Origin: an uncultured Brachyspira sp.
Lineage (GTDB): Bacteria > Spirochaetota > Brachyspiria > Brachyspirales > Brachyspiraceae
Assembly (NCBI RefSeq): GCF_910578695.1
Contig: NZ_CAJTQJ010000007.1
Coordinates: 14,597 to 78,596, forward strand
Reading direction: 5' to 3'
DNA: 64,000 nucleotides
Positions within the stretch are counted from its first letter, which is position 1. Each line of letters begins with the position of its first letter. Under the pieces are notes generated by a model. The model saw nothing but the letters and a program-made list of their open reading frames with translations, made no database searches and was not told the origin of the DNA. This document shows positions 23,615 to 33,804 of this stretch, one piece after another. Made by a program: the position numbers and the translations under genes.

Positions 23615-24739
23615 GTGAATAATATAAATATAGATACTCCTTTTTATAAAAAATTTAATGCTATTATAGGAATTAGTTTTATATTATTAGTTTCTGCTGT
23701 ATATGTTACTTTTATATTTAATATTAGCATTATGCCTTTAAATACTAATATAGATTTAAATATTTTAGAAAATATCATTACAGAAAAATTTATTTATTAT
23801 ATAAAAATATTTTTTTCTTTGATAATTCCTTTATCATTTTTTATATTCTCATTTCTTTTTGTATTAAATCCTATTAGTGTAAAATCTATGCTGATATCAT
23901 TTATATTAATTTTTTTAACAGCATTTTATTTATATAATATTTCTTATGATTTATTAATTAATGTATTTGAAGATATAAATATTTTGATTAAACTTATAAT
24001 TAATATTGTATCAGCAAATTTTATTATGCTTTTTATAGTTGGTATGTCGTATATTAAATATGATATTAAGAAATTTACAAAATTATATGATTTTTATACT
24101 ATGATTGCTGAAATTATAATATGGAGTTTTTTAATATTTTTTATAATTTTAGTTATAGTATTTTCTATAGCTTTTTTATTAAATTTGAATGATAAAAGAA
24201 TTTTTAAATATTTAATAAGAAATGATATGAAAAATTTAAAAATAGCTTTATCTATTTTGGCGGTATTTAAAATTTCTTTAATTTATTTTTCTTATATAAT
24301 GTATAATAAAATGATTAATACCAAATTATCTATAAGTATTTCAAGAACTATCTCTTTAATTATAAGTGCTTTATCCATTGCTGTTATGGTTTTTAGTTTT
24401 AAATATAATCAGTATATTAAATTTTTTATTTTATTTTATTTACTGTTCATTATGTTTTTTATATTTAATATGTTTTTATTTAGAATAGATAAAAAATATA
24501 ATAAGACAGAGTATATCATATATATAATTTCAAATATATCAGGCTTTTTATTTTCTATATTTTTATTGTATATATGTATTAATAGATTTTTTTATCATTA
24601 TTTTATTATATTTGATATTATTATAATTTTTAATTTTTTATATAATATATTAATAACTATATTAAAAAGGTATATAAAGTTCATATTTTTATACAATTAT
24701 GTATATATAGTTCTCTTTATTATATTGTTATTTTATTGA
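23615..24739 (+). CDS. Polytopic integral membrane protein of unknown function (374 aa, GTG start)
   Basis: The protein is extremely hydrophobic and I/F/L-rich, with about 9-10 predicted helices. The GTG start lies 2 nt after the stop of the upstream lipoprotein gene, suggesting co-translation. The next in-frame Met is 40 codons downstream. Confidence 0.5.
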   Translation: MNNINIDTPFYKKFNAIIGISFILLVSAVYVTFIFNISIMPLNTNIDLNILENIITEKFIYYIKIFFSLIIPLSFFIFSFLFVLNPISVKSMLISFILIFLTAFYLYNISYDLLINVFEDINILIKLIINIVSANFIMLFIVGMSYIKYDIKKFTKLYDFYTMIAEIIIWSFLIFFIILVIVFSIAFLLNLNDKRIFKYLIRNDMKNLKIALSILAVFKISLIYFSYIMYNKMINTKLSISISRTISLIISALSIAVMVFSFKYNQYIKFFILFYLLFIMFFIFNMFLFRIDKKYNKTEYIIYIISNISGFLFSIFLLYICINRFFYHYFIIFDIIIIFNFLYNILITILKRYIKFIFLYNYVYIVLFIILLFY

Positions 24740-24801
24740 CTTTATTTTATATTTTAATATACTTTAAATATATAATATAAAAATTTATAGTAGGGTTTGT
24801 T

Positions 24802-25488
24802 TTGAGAAAGAGAATATTTTTTATAAGTATATTAATTTTAATTGCTTCTCTCAATTTAAATGCAGTTAATTTGTCATTGGGTTTTACAAGCCAGTTTGCA
24901 ATTAGCGGTACTACTACAAATTCATCAAAAATATTTCCTGCTAATTTTAGAGATTTTGATGTAGGATTTAATTTTTCAATAGGCATTAATCAGCCTATAT
25001 CATATTCTATGTCTTTTTCTATATTAGCTGATTTAGGATATTATCATGATTCTTATGGTTTAAAATATAATATAGAAGGTAAAAGGGCTATAGAAGAATA
25101 TCAATTTGATAGTTTTTTAATAGGAGGATACGGAAGATTTAATTTCGGTTTTTTATCTTTAGGAGCAGGAGGCGGAGTTAAGATTCCTGTATCAGCTTCA
25201 TATAAAATAGATAAGCCAAGCCTATATAGAAGCTATATGTTGACTTTTGGAGATTTAAATGATATATTTGAGAAAGTGTTTATATCTTATTTAAGATTTT
25301 CTATTGATTTTAGTATTTTTAATTATTTTCTTATTGGTGTATATGTTAATTATGATTTTCCTATACATTTTCAAGATAATAATTATATGAGTGATATTTT
25401 AATCAATAAATCTTCTATAAGCAGTTTAGATATAGGTATTCAATTTGGATATTATATTAATTTGAATATTGATAAAAATTATTATTAG
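24802..25488 (+). CDS. Putative small outer-membrane beta-barrel protein, paralog 1 (TTG start)
   Basis: It has a signal peptide (MRKRIFFISILILIASLNLNA) and alternating hydrophobic/polar strands. It shares motifs with the next gene: FRDFD, LKYNI.G....E.Y.F, GFLS.G.GGG.K.P, FGD, VY.NYDFPI and S.DIGIQFG.Y. Confidence 0.55.
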   Translation: MRKRIFFISILILIASLNLNAVNLSLGFTSQFAISGTTTNSSKIFPANFRDFDVGFNFSIGINQPISYSMSFSILADLGYYHDSYGLKYNIEGKRAIEEYQFDSFLIGGYGRFNFGFLSLGAGGGVKIPVSASYKIDKPSLYRSYMLTFGDLNDIFEKVFISYLRFSIDFSIFNYFLIGVYVNYDFPIHFQDNNYMSDILINKSSISSLDIGIQFGYYINLNIDKNYY

Positions 25489-25496
25489 GAGCTAAT

Positions 25497-26174
25497 ATGA
25501 AAAAGTTATTTATATTATTATCAATTTTATTTTCATTTAATGTAATTTATGCTGCTGATTTTGTAATCGGTTTTATGGGAAGCTTTGGTGCAAGCAGTGC
25601 AACTACAGAGAGAGATAAAATATTTACAACAGATTTTAGAGATTTCGACAGTTCTTTCTCTATTCAGCCCGGTATATTTTGGGGATATAATGATTTATTG
25701 TCAAGTGCTTTTCTGCTTGATATAGGATACAGCAAAGACAGATATGAATTAAAATATAATATTAAAGGCAATAAAGTTTTAGAAAATTATAAGTTCAGCA
25801 GTTTATCTTTGGGTTTATTTCCTAGAATTAATATAGGATTTCTTTCTATCGGTGTAGGCGGAGGAATAAAACTGCCTTTAGCTTTAAAATACAGCAGAGA
25901 AGAAAAAGGATATGACAAAAATAAATATTCATTAGATTTTGGAGATATAAAAGATTCATTTGAAACTTATTATATACCGTATGTTAAAGCATCAGTAGAT
26001 TTTTTAATAAAAACTAAAAGGAAATTTATGTTTTCTTTTGGAGTATATGCTAATTATGATTTTCCTATTAATATAGATAAAAAAGGAATATTAAAAGATA
26101 TTACTATTAATCAGGACTCTTTAGCATCATTTGATATAGGCATTCAATTTGGAATGTATTTTTTAAGTAAATAA
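25497..26174 (+). CDS. Putative small outer-membrane beta-barrel protein, paralog 2
   Basis: It has a signal peptide (MKKLFILLSILFSFNVIYA), is colinear with ORF 24802..25488, and has a GGAG RBS (attaggagctaatATG). Confidence 0.6.
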   Translation: MKKLFILLSILFSFNVIYAADFVIGFMGSFGASSATTERDKIFTTDFRDFDSSFSIQPGIFWGYNDLLSSAFLLDIGYSKDRYELKYNIKGNKVLENYKFSSLSLGLFPRINIGFLSIGVGGGIKLPLALKYSREEKGYDKNKYSLDFGDIKDSFETYYIPYVKASVDFLIKTKRKFMFSFGVYANYDFPINIDKKGILKDITINQDSLASFDIGIQFGMYFLSK

Positions 26175-26188
26175 AATAATATTATTTA

Positions 26189-26213
26189 GGGCTTTAATAT
26201 TTAAATAAAGCCC
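26189..26213. terminator. Bidirectional rho-independent terminator
   Basis: gggcttta (26189..26196) pairs with taaagccc (26206..26213). The stem is 8 bp including 4 G-C pairs, the loop is 9 nt, T-rich sequence flanks both sides, and it lies between convergent genes. Confidence 0.65.
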
Positions 26214-26237
26214 TGTTATTTTCTATATATAATTTTT

Positions 26238-26633
26238 TTACTTAGAAATAATTTGCAGATATACTTTTCTACTTCTTGCTCCGTCAAATTCAAAGAAATA
26301 TATATCCTGCCAAGTGCCTAGTACTATTTTAGAGTTTTCTATTATTACAGTTAAGCTTGGAGATACTAAAGATGATAATAGATGAGCTTGAGAATTTCCC
26401 TCTCTATGTCTATAATTATCATTCTGAGGTACTAATTTATTAAAAGCATTTTTCATATCAAAAACAACATCAGGGTCTGCATTCTCATTAATGCCTATAG
26501 CAGCAGTAGTATGAGGCACAAATATAACTGCAATTCCATTATTTACTTTTTCTTCATCTATACATTTTTGTACTTCTTTTGTTATATCAATTATATCGAA
26601 TCTTGATTTTGTTTTAATATTTATTGTACACAT
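26238..26633 (-). CDS. YjbQ/UPF0047 family protein (secondary thiamine-phosphate synthase-like)
   Basis: Motifs VPHTTAAIGINENADPDVVFD, HREGNSQAHLLSSLVSPSLTV and LGTWQDIYFFEFDG match the family. I prefer the start at MCTINIKT (26633), where GGAG lies 9 nt upstream, over the longer ORF-track start at 26681. Confidence 0.8.
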   Translation of the reverse strand: MCTINIKTKSRFDIIDITKEVQKCIDEEKVNNGIAVIFVPHTTAAIGINENADPDVVFDMKNAFNKLVPQNDNYRHREGNSQAHLLSSLVSPSLTVIIENSKIVLGTWQDIYFFEFDGARSRKVYLQIISK

Positions 26634-26729
26634 TTTATTAAACTCCATTTTATTAGACATATAGTAAAAAGTATAGTACAATTATTCATTATATTTTTCA
26701 ATATATTTTTAATTTTTTATTAGGTTAAT

Positions 26730-27671
26730 ATGAGTTTGATTAATAAATTGAAAAGTTCTATATTGGGTTTGTCAATTGGAGATGCTTTAGGTGTTCCTTA
26801 TGAATTTATTTCTAGGGATAGAATGAAAAAATATCCTGCATTTGATATGATAGGAAATGGTACACATAATAAAAAAGCTGGTACTTGGTCTGATGATACA
26901 AGTTTAACATTATGTTTACTTGATAGTTTAAATAATAAAGAAATTGATTATAATGATATTATGAATAAATTTGTATTATGGTATGATTATGCATATTATA
27001 CAGCTGATAATGATACTTTTGATATAGGCATTACAACTTCAGAAGCTATTATAAATTATAAAACTAAAAATATTGATGCTATAAATTGCGGAATGTCAGA
27101 TGAAATGAGTAATGGAAATGGTTCTTTAATGAGAATATTACCTTTGTCTTTTTATATAGTTAAATATTTTAATGGTAATTTATTTGATGATAATATTATA
27201 AAAATATTGTATAATGTTTCTTCATTAACTCATTCTCATAAAAGAAGTTTAATTGCTTGCGTTATATATACTGCAATAGCTATTAATTTGATAAATAATA
27301 TTGATATAGAAAATGCTATTAAGAAATCACTTAATGATTCAAGAGAATATTATAAAAATGAAGAAGAGTTAAATTATTTTGATAGGATATTTGAATCAAA
27401 TTTTAAAAATTTATCAGAAAATTGTATAGAAAGTACAGGTTATGTTGTTCATACATTAGAGGCTTCTATTTGGATATTATTAAATACAAATAATTATAAG
27501 GCTTCTATATTAAAAGCAGTTAATTTAGGTAATGATACTGATACTATTGAAGCAGTTACAGGAGGTCTTGCAGGGCTTTATTATGGCATTGAGAGTATAC
27601 CAAGAGAATGGATTGATATTTTGCTTAATAAAGATTTAATAATATCCATTTGCAATAAATTTAATTATTAG
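26730..27671 (+). CDS. ADP-ribosylglycohydrolase family protein
   Basis: Motifs LGLSIGDALGVPYEF, GTWSDDTSLTLC, GNGSLMRILP and GNDTDTIEAVTGGLAGLYYG match the ARH/DraG family. Confidence 0.85.
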   Translation: MSLINKLKSSILGLSIGDALGVPYEFISRDRMKKYPAFDMIGNGTHNKKAGTWSDDTSLTLCLLDSLNNKEIDYNDIMNKFVLWYDYAYYTADNDTFDIGITTSEAIINYKTKNIDAINCGMSDEMSNGNGSLMRILPLSFYIVKYFNGNLFDDNIIKILYNVSSLTHSHKRSLIACVIYTAIAINLINNIDIENAIKKSLNDSREYYKNEEELNYFDRIFESNFKNLSENCIESTGYVVHTLEASIWILLNTNNYKASILKAVNLGNDTDTIEAVTGGLAGLYYGIESIPREWIDILLNKDLIISICNKFNY

Positions 27672-27827
27672 TAATAGTTATTATTTAATATAACTTGTAA
27701 ATAATTTTATTATATGCTATATTGTAAAATGATAAATATCATATATTAAGAATATTAATTTAAAACTATTGTATAAATATAATTAAATATGTTAATTAAA
27801 ATAATTATTTATTAAAGGAGTCATTTA

Positions 27828-29216
27828 ATGAAGTATTTTAATTTTGATAAAAATTTTCTGCATTCTGTTATAGAAGAAGCTTTAAAAAATGGGGGAGAAT
27901 ATGCTGATATATTTTTTGAAGATACTAAAATAAACTCAATAAGTTATTTAGATTCTAAAGCAGATGATATGAATTTAGGAAATAATTATGGCGTAGGCTT
28001 AAGAGTTATAGTTAATAAAAAAACAATATATTTATATTCAAATGATATAAGTAATGAAAACTTAATTAATTTAGCTAGAAGTGCAGCTTCAATTATAAAT
28101 GATAAGAAGCATATAGTTAAGGATTTTATTCAGTCAAATGAAAATAATAATCATCCGCTGCATATAAATCCCTTTGATATTAATTTTGATGAAAAAATAG
28201 ATGTTCTTTCATATTTGGATAAAACAGCAAGGGCAGTATCTGATAAAATAAAACAAGTTAATGCCAGATATATGGAAAAGCAGAGAAATATTTTAGTATG
28301 TGCAAGCAATGGAATATTAAAAGAAGATTCTCAAACTTATATAAGACTTGTTATGATGTCAATGGCAAGCGATGGAGTGAATACTCAGACAGCAAGCAGA
28401 ACAAAAGGCGCATTAGACGGATTTCAAGTAATAAAGGACATTAATTTAGAAGATATGGCTATGGAAACTGCTAATTCTGCTATAAAAATGCTTAATTCAA
28501 AATATCCTAAATCAGGCAAATATCCTGTTGTAATAGATAATGCATTCGGCGGAGTAATATTTCACGAAGCTTGCGGACATGCTTTAGAGGCTACATCTGT
28601 TGCTGATAATGCCAGTGTATTTTGCGGTAAATTGGGAGAAAAAATAGCTTCTGATGTTGTTACGGCTGTTGATGACGGCACTATAAAAAATGCTTGGGGA
28701 AGCTATAATATTGATGATGAAGGTAATGAGGCTCAGAGAACTGTATTAATAGAAAATGGTATTTTAAAAAATTATTTGGTTGATGAGCTTGGTTCTATGA
28801 AGATGAATCAGAAAGTTACAGGAAGTGCGAGGAGAGAAAGCTATAAATATCCTCCTACTTCTAGAATGAGAAATACATTTATAGATAAAGGAAATTCAAG
28901 TTTTGAAGATTTAATTTCCAGCATAGAATACGGACTTTATGCTAAAAAGATGGGCGGCGGTTCGGTTGACCCTGCTACAACAGATTATAATTTTGCAGTT
29001 TCTGAAGGTTATTTAATAGAGAATGGAAAAATTACTGAACCTGTGAGAGGTGCTACGCTTATAGGGCGGGGAGATGAAACTCTTATGAATATTGAAGCGG
29101 TTTCATCTAATTTAGAATTAGCTGACGGTATTTGCGGAAGTATTTCAGGTTCTGTGCCTACTACTGTCGGACAGCCTGCTATTAGAGTTAAAGAACTTAC
29201 TGTGGGAGGCAGATAA
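27828..29216 (+). CDS. tldD: TldD-family metalloprotease
   Basis: The HExxxH motif (FHEACGHALE), the C-terminal GxC and glycine-rich motifs (DGICGSISGSVP, PAIRVKELTVGG), and pairing with a PmbA gene support the call. Confidence 0.88.
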   Translation: MKYFNFDKNFLHSVIEEALKNGGEYADIFFEDTKINSISYLDSKADDMNLGNNYGVGLRVIVNKKTIYLYSNDISNENLINLARSAASIINDKKHIVKDFIQSNENNNHPLHINPFDINFDEKIDVLSYLDKTARAVSDKIKQVNARYMEKQRNILVCASNGILKEDSQTYIRLVMMSMASDGVNTQTASRTKGALDGFQVIKDINLEDMAMETANSAIKMLNSKYPKSGKYPVVIDNAFGGVIFHEACGHALEATSVADNASVFCGKLGEKIASDVVTAVDDGTIKNAWGSYNIDDEGNEAQRTVLIENGILKNYLVDELGSMKMNQKVTGSARRESYKYPPTSRMRNTFIDKGNSSFEDLISSIEYGLYAKKMGGGSVDPATTDYNFAVSEGYLIENGKITEPVRGATLIGRGDETLMNIEAVSSNLELADGICGSISGSVPTTVGQPAIRVKELTVGGR

Positions 29217-29218
29217 TA

Positions 29219-30577
29219 ATGTCAGAATTAAGCAGCTTTATGAATAGAATAAAAGAAGTATATGATATAGTTAAAAACAAAGCAAAAGATATTGATGAAA
29301 TAGAAATTTATATGTCAGTGAGCGGAGAAGAGGAGTTTACTGTAAGAGAAAAAGATTTAGATAGATATACTTATGCTGAATCAGGAGGAATAGGCTTAAG
29401 ATTAATTAAAAATGGAAAAGCGGGCATAAGTTTTACTGAAAAAATAAGTTCTGATATTAATATGGATAGTCTTATTGATAATGCAGAAACTTCATTATAT
29501 TATGCTGATTCTGAGCCTGAATATAATATGCTTATAGATAAAGATGATGAAGAAAAAAGCTATGATATGATTAATAAAGATATAATTAATTTATCAAATG
29601 ATAAACTTAAAGAAATATCATTATCTATAGAAGATAAATTATATTCATTTGACAAAAGAATAGTTAATGTTCCTTCTGCAGGATTAGCAAGATATAATTT
29701 TACTAAATGCATAATAAACAGCAATGGTATATGCAAAGAAGAGAAAAAAAACAGCATATCATACTATGGAGAAGTAATAGCAAAAGACAGTAATGCAGTA
29801 AAAACTTTTTTTGATGTTTATTCTTCAAGAGATGCTTTTTTTGATATTGATGCTTTTACAAGGAATATAGCTGACAATGTTATAAATAAATTATCGGCTA
29901 AGCCTATAGAAAGCGGTAAGTATAAAACAGTATTTACAAGTAAGGCTATGAGAACTATACTAGGTGCTTATTTGGGATTATTCTCTTCTGAGGCAGTTCA
30001 AAAGAAATTATCTCTTCTTCAAGGCAAATTAAATCAAAAAATAGCAGGCAGTATTATCAATATTAAAGATATTCCTATGTATGATAAAGGCTTAGCCAAT
30101 ACTAATTTTGACGGAGAGGGTTCTAAAACTAAAGATTTGAATATAATAAGCAGCGGTATTTTAAATAGCTATCTATATAATAATTATACTGCTAAAAAAG
30201 ACGGCGTAAAAACAACATCGCATGCTTCAAGAGGATTCAAAACTTCAATAGGTATATCATGTCATAATTTGATTTTAGAAGATGGAAATAATACTCAAGA
30301 GGAGCTGATTTCCCAAATTAAAAATGGAGTATTAGTAAATTCTTTAACAGGCACTCATTCAGGAGTTAATGCAATAAGCGGAGATTTTTCTTTACAGGCT
30401 GAAGGCATAAAAATAGAAAACGGCAAATTGTCCTATACAGTAAGTCCTTTTATAGTTTCAGGAAATATATTAGACTTTTTAAATAATATAGAAATGCTTG
30501 CAGATGATACCGATTATCATCATTCATCTATATATACGCCTAGTGCTTTGATTAGGGAATTATCATTTGCTTCATAA
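29219..30577 (+). CDS. pmbA: PmbA/TldE-family protein, partner of TldD
   Basis: The size is right and the gene sits immediately after tldD with a 2-nt gap. The C-terminal pattern (GTHSGVNAISGDFSLQAEGIKIENGK...SPFIVSGNILDFL) is typical of PmbA. Confidence 0.82.
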   Translation: MSELSSFMNRIKEVYDIVKNKAKDIDEIEIYMSVSGEEEFTVREKDLDRYTYAESGGIGLRLIKNGKAGISFTEKISSDINMDSLIDNAETSLYYADSEPEYNMLIDKDDEEKSYDMINKDIINLSNDKLKEISLSIEDKLYSFDKRIVNVPSAGLARYNFTKCIINSNGICKEEKKNSISYYGEVIAKDSNAVKTFFDVYSSRDAFFDIDAFTRNIADNVINKLSAKPIESGKYKTVFTSKAMRTILGAYLGLFSSEAVQKKLSLLQGKLNQKIAGSIINIKDIPMYDKGLANTNFDGEGSKTKDLNIISSGILNSYLYNNYTAKKDGVKTTSHASRGFKTSIGISCHNLILEDGNNTQEELISQIKNGVLVNSLTGTHSGVNAISGDFSLQAEGIKIENGKLSYTVSPFIVSGNILDFLNNIEMLADDTDYHHSSIYTPSALIRELSFAS

Positions 30578-31832
30578 ACTTTATATTATTTTTTTCAGTA
30601 TTGAAGTTTTTTTTATTTTTATTATACTTTATAAAATGAATAGTACTAATCAGTTTTTTTATAAATTTTTGCAGAATTTCGATAAAGTTTCTGACATTGA
30701 AAAGAAGAAAGTATTTAAAAGACTGTCAAATCTTTTTTATTCTCAAAATATCATTATAGAAAATCTTGAAGAGGGTATAATAGCTATAGATGATAAAGGC
30801 TTAATACAGGGAATAAATAAAAAGGCATGTTTTTTGTTTTCTATACCAAGAAACTCAGAAGGAAAATCTATAAGTAAATATATGATTGGAAATGATATAG
30901 TAAAATCTGTATTAGAACTTATAAAAGATAAAATATCAGATACTAAATTATTAAAAGATGATGAAAATGATAGAATAATTCAGATAAATATACTGCCTAT
31001 AGGAGATAAGGGAAGAATCATAGGCACCCTTATAAAGGCATTTGATATAACAAAAACTTATGAAAGTGCTCAAAAACTTAAAAGAGCAGAGCAGCTAGCA
31101 TCTCTTACAACTCTTGCAGCGGGAGTAGCACATGAAATAAAAAATCCTTTAGGATCTATTTCAATATATATACAGCTTATAGAAAAGATAATAAAAAAAA
31201 ATATGGATAATAATTGTCAATGCTATATAGATTTTAAAGAGTATTCTGATATTATAAAAGAGGAAATAAGCAGGCTTGAAGATACTATCAATTCTTTTTT
31301 ATTTTCTGTACGCAAATTAGAGCTTAATATTGAAGATATTAATATAAATGATATTATTTTATCAACAGTTTCATTTTTAAAATATGAGATAGAAAAAAAT
31401 AATGTAAGCATAGATATAAAATTTGATAAGGATAATTTAATTTTAAAATTAGATGAAAGATATATAAAGCAGTCTTTAATTAATATAATACAAAATGCAA
31501 TAGATGCTATGAGTGATAATGATAATCAGAATAAGAAAAAATATATTTATATAAAATTGAAAACTATTGATAATTATGCTGTTATAAGTATAAAAGATAC
31601 AGGAATTGGAATGAAAGAAGAAACATTAAATAAAATATTTGAGCCTTATTTTACTACTAAAAGACATGGTACAGGATTAGGGCTTACAAATGTAGTTCGT
31701 ATAGTAGAAGCACATAACGGCAGTATATCTATAGAAAGCAAATATGGTGTGGGAAGCGAGTTTATAATAAAACTTCCTTTGCATCAGGAGAATCAAAAAT
31801 TTTTACAGACGGATTTATTAGATTATGCCTAA
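30567..31832 (+). CDS. Sensor histidine kinase with an N-terminal TM anchor, a PAS-like domain and HisKA plus HATPase_c domains
   Basis: H-box AHEIKNPLGSI, N-box IIQNAIDAM, G1 DTGIGM and G2 GTGLGL are present. The TTG start overlaps the pmbA stop by 11 nt, and the encoded N-terminal hydrophobic helix supports this early start. Confidence 0.82.
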   Translation: MLHKLYIIFFSIEVFFIFIILYKMNSTNQFFYKFLQNFDKVSDIEKKKVFKRLSNLFYSQNIIIENLEEGIIAIDDKGLIQGINKKACFLFSIPRNSEGKSISKYMIGNDIVKSVLELIKDKISDTKLLKDDENDRIIQINILPIGDKGRIIGTLIKAFDITKTYESAQKLKRAEQLASLTTLAAGVAHEIKNPLGSISIYIQLIEKIIKKNMDNNCQCYIDFKEYSDIIKEEISRLEDTINSFLFSVRKLELNIEDININDIILSTVSFLKYEIEKNNVSIDIKFDKDNLILKLDERYIKQSLINIIQNAIDAMSDNDNQNKKKYIYIKLKTIDNYAVISIKDTGIGMKEETLNKIFEPYFTTKRHGTGLGLTNVVRIVEAHNGSISIESKYGVGSEFIIKLPLHQENQKFLQTDLLDYA

Positions 31833-33162
31833 AATATTAGTAATAGATGATGAAAAAAATATAAGAGACGGCATCAAGAAATCATTAGAATTTGAGGGCT
31901 ATGAAGTTGTAACTGCAGATAATGGCGAAAAGGGAATAGAAACCGTTTATAAAGGCGGGATAGATTTAGTTATAACTGATTTAAAAATGCCTGAAAAGAC
32001 AGGTGAAGAATTTTTAAAAGATATTTTAGAATTTGACAAACATATACCTGTAATAGTACTTACAGGTCATGGTAATGTAGAAACGGCAGTTGATATGATG
32101 AGGCTTGGAGCTTATGATTTTATGACAAAGCCTTTTAATCTTGATAAAATGCTTCTTATAATAGCAAGAGCATTGGAAAGTAAGAATATAAAAAAAACTA
32201 ATGAAACTTTAGAAAAACGGCTTGATTATAATGAAAGTTTTTATGGAATGATAGGGCATAGTCCTAAAATGCTGAAAGTTTATGAGGCAGTAAAACAGGT
32301 GGCTAGAACTAAAGCTACTGTACTTATAGAAGGAGAGAGCGGAACAGGTAAGGAATTAGTTGCTAATGCCATTCATCAAATATCTGACAGAGCAAAACAG
32401 CCTTATATAACTGTAAACTGTGCTGCACTTTCTGAAGGTGTTTTGGAAAGCGAATTATTCGGACATGAAAAAGGTTCTTTCACAGGTGCTATTGATAAAA
32501 AGATAGGAAGGTTTGAAGCCGCCAATAAGGGTACTATATTTTTAGATGAGATAGGGGAAATTAATCAAACTGTTCAGGTTAAGCTTTTGAGGGTGCTTGA
32601 AGAGAGAGTTATAGAGAGAGTGGGTTCAAATAGTTCTATTGATGTTGATATAAGAGTAATTGCTGCTACAAATAAGATATTGTCTGAAGAAATAAAAGAG
32701 GGTAAGTTTAGAGAAGATTTATATTATAGGCTTAATGTTATAAAAATAGAAATGCCGCCGCTTAGAGAGAGAAGAGAAGATATACCGCTTTTAATAGATA
32801 ATTTTATAAAAGAGTTTTCAAATGTTCATTCTATAAATATAAAATCTGTTGATAAAAAAGTGTATAAAATATTATCATCATTGCAATGGGAAGGAAATGT
32901 AAGGGAATTAAGAAATACTATTGAAACTATGGTTGTTATGTGCAAAGATGGTAAAATAGATGAGGGAAATATACCTGATTGGGCATTAAAAAATAATGAT
33001 GAAAATTTTGTAGTGGAAAATGATGTTACATTAGAAGAGCTTGAAAGAATGTATATCAATTATCTGCTTAGTCATAATAATTTTAATAAAGCACAAGTTG
33101 CAAAGATACTTGGAATTGAAAGAGCTACTCTATATAGAAAATTAAAAGAGGATATAAAATAA
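31825..33162 (+). CDS. Sigma-54-dependent response regulator (NtrC family: REC, AAA+ and Fis-type HTH domains)
   Basis: The receiver domain has ILVIDDE...VITDLKMP. The AAA+ domain has GESGTGKE, ELFGHEKGSFTGA (a GAFTGA variant) and FLDEIGE. The C-terminal HTH is AQVAKILGIERATLYRKLK. It overlaps the kinase gene by 8 nt. Confidence 0.9.
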   Translation: MPKILVIDDEKNIRDGIKKSLEFEGYEVVTADNGEKGIETVYKGGIDLVITDLKMPEKTGEEFLKDILEFDKHIPVIVLTGHGNVETAVDMMRLGAYDFMTKPFNLDKMLLIIARALESKNIKKTNETLEKRLDYNESFYGMIGHSPKMLKVYEAVKQVARTKATVLIEGESGTGKELVANAIHQISDRAKQPYITVNCAALSEGVLESELFGHEKGSFTGAIDKKIGRFEAANKGTIFLDEIGEINQTVQVKLLRVLEERVIERVGSNSSIDVDIRVIAATNKILSEEIKEGKFREDLYYRLNVIKIEMPPLRERREDIPLLIDNFIKEFSNVHSINIKSVDKKVYKILSSLQWEGNVRELRNTIETMVVMCKDGKIDEGNIPDWALKNNDENFVVENDVTLEELERMYINYLLSHNNFNKAQVAKILGIERATLYRKLKEDIK

Positions 33163-33175
33163 AAAATAAGAATAT

Positions 33176-33195
33176 AGGAGCTTAAAAAAGCTCCT
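33176..33195. terminator. Bidirectional rho-independent terminator
   Basis: aggagctt aaaa aagctcct forms a perfect 8-bp stem with a 4-nt loop. A/T runs flank both sides, and it lies between the convergent response-regulator and crr genes. Confidence 0.7.
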
Positions 33196-33211
33196 TTAAA
33201 ATTGCAGGCTT

Positions 33212-33676
33212 TTATTTAGAAATAGTCATTATAACATCATTTATAGAAACATCTCTATGTTCAGTTTTATTTAATGATTTCAATTCGGAAAAATTAGGTA
33301 TTATAATAGGCGAAGTAATATCATATTCTTTTTCTATTTCTTCTTTATCAAATTCTATCAGCAAAGCTCCAGCCTTTATTTTATCGCCTTCTTTTACATA
33401 ACATTTAAAATGCTTTCCGCCCAATTTAACAGTATCCATTCCGATATGTATTAATATTTCAACTCCTTTAGATAATAATCCTATAGCATGATTCGTATTA
33501 ACAGTTGTAATAACTTCTCCGTCTACAGGAGAATAAACTTTTCCTTCTTCAGGTATTACAGCCATTCCCTCGCCAAGTGCTTTACTGGAAAAAGCCTCGT
33601 CTTTAACATCTGTAACATCTACTAATTTGCCTTTAATAGGGCTTTTTATTTCAATTTTTTTAGAGAATAATCCCAT
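33212..33676 (-). CDS. crr: PTS glucose-family EIIA component
   Basis: The two-His active-site region (NTNHAIGLLSKGVEILIHIGMDTVKLGG) is present. The protein is 154 aa and has a GAGGAGG RBS upstream on the minus strand. Confidence 0.9.
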   Translation of the reverse strand: MGLFSKKIEIKSPIKGKLVDVTDVKDEAFSSKALGEGMAVIPEEGKVYSPVDGEVITTVNTNHAIGLLSKGVEILIHIGMDTVKLGGKHFKCYVKEGDKIKAGALLIEFDKEEIEKEYDITSPIIIPNFSELKSLNKTEHRDVSINDVIMTISK

Positions 33677-33804
33677 ACGAATTCCTCCTCAAATTTATTT
33701 ATGTTTATATTCTATCATAAATGTTTTTAAAGTAAATAATTCTATAAAAAATATATTGTATTTTAGTATATAAATTATGATGATATTAAAAAATAGCATA
33801 ATGC

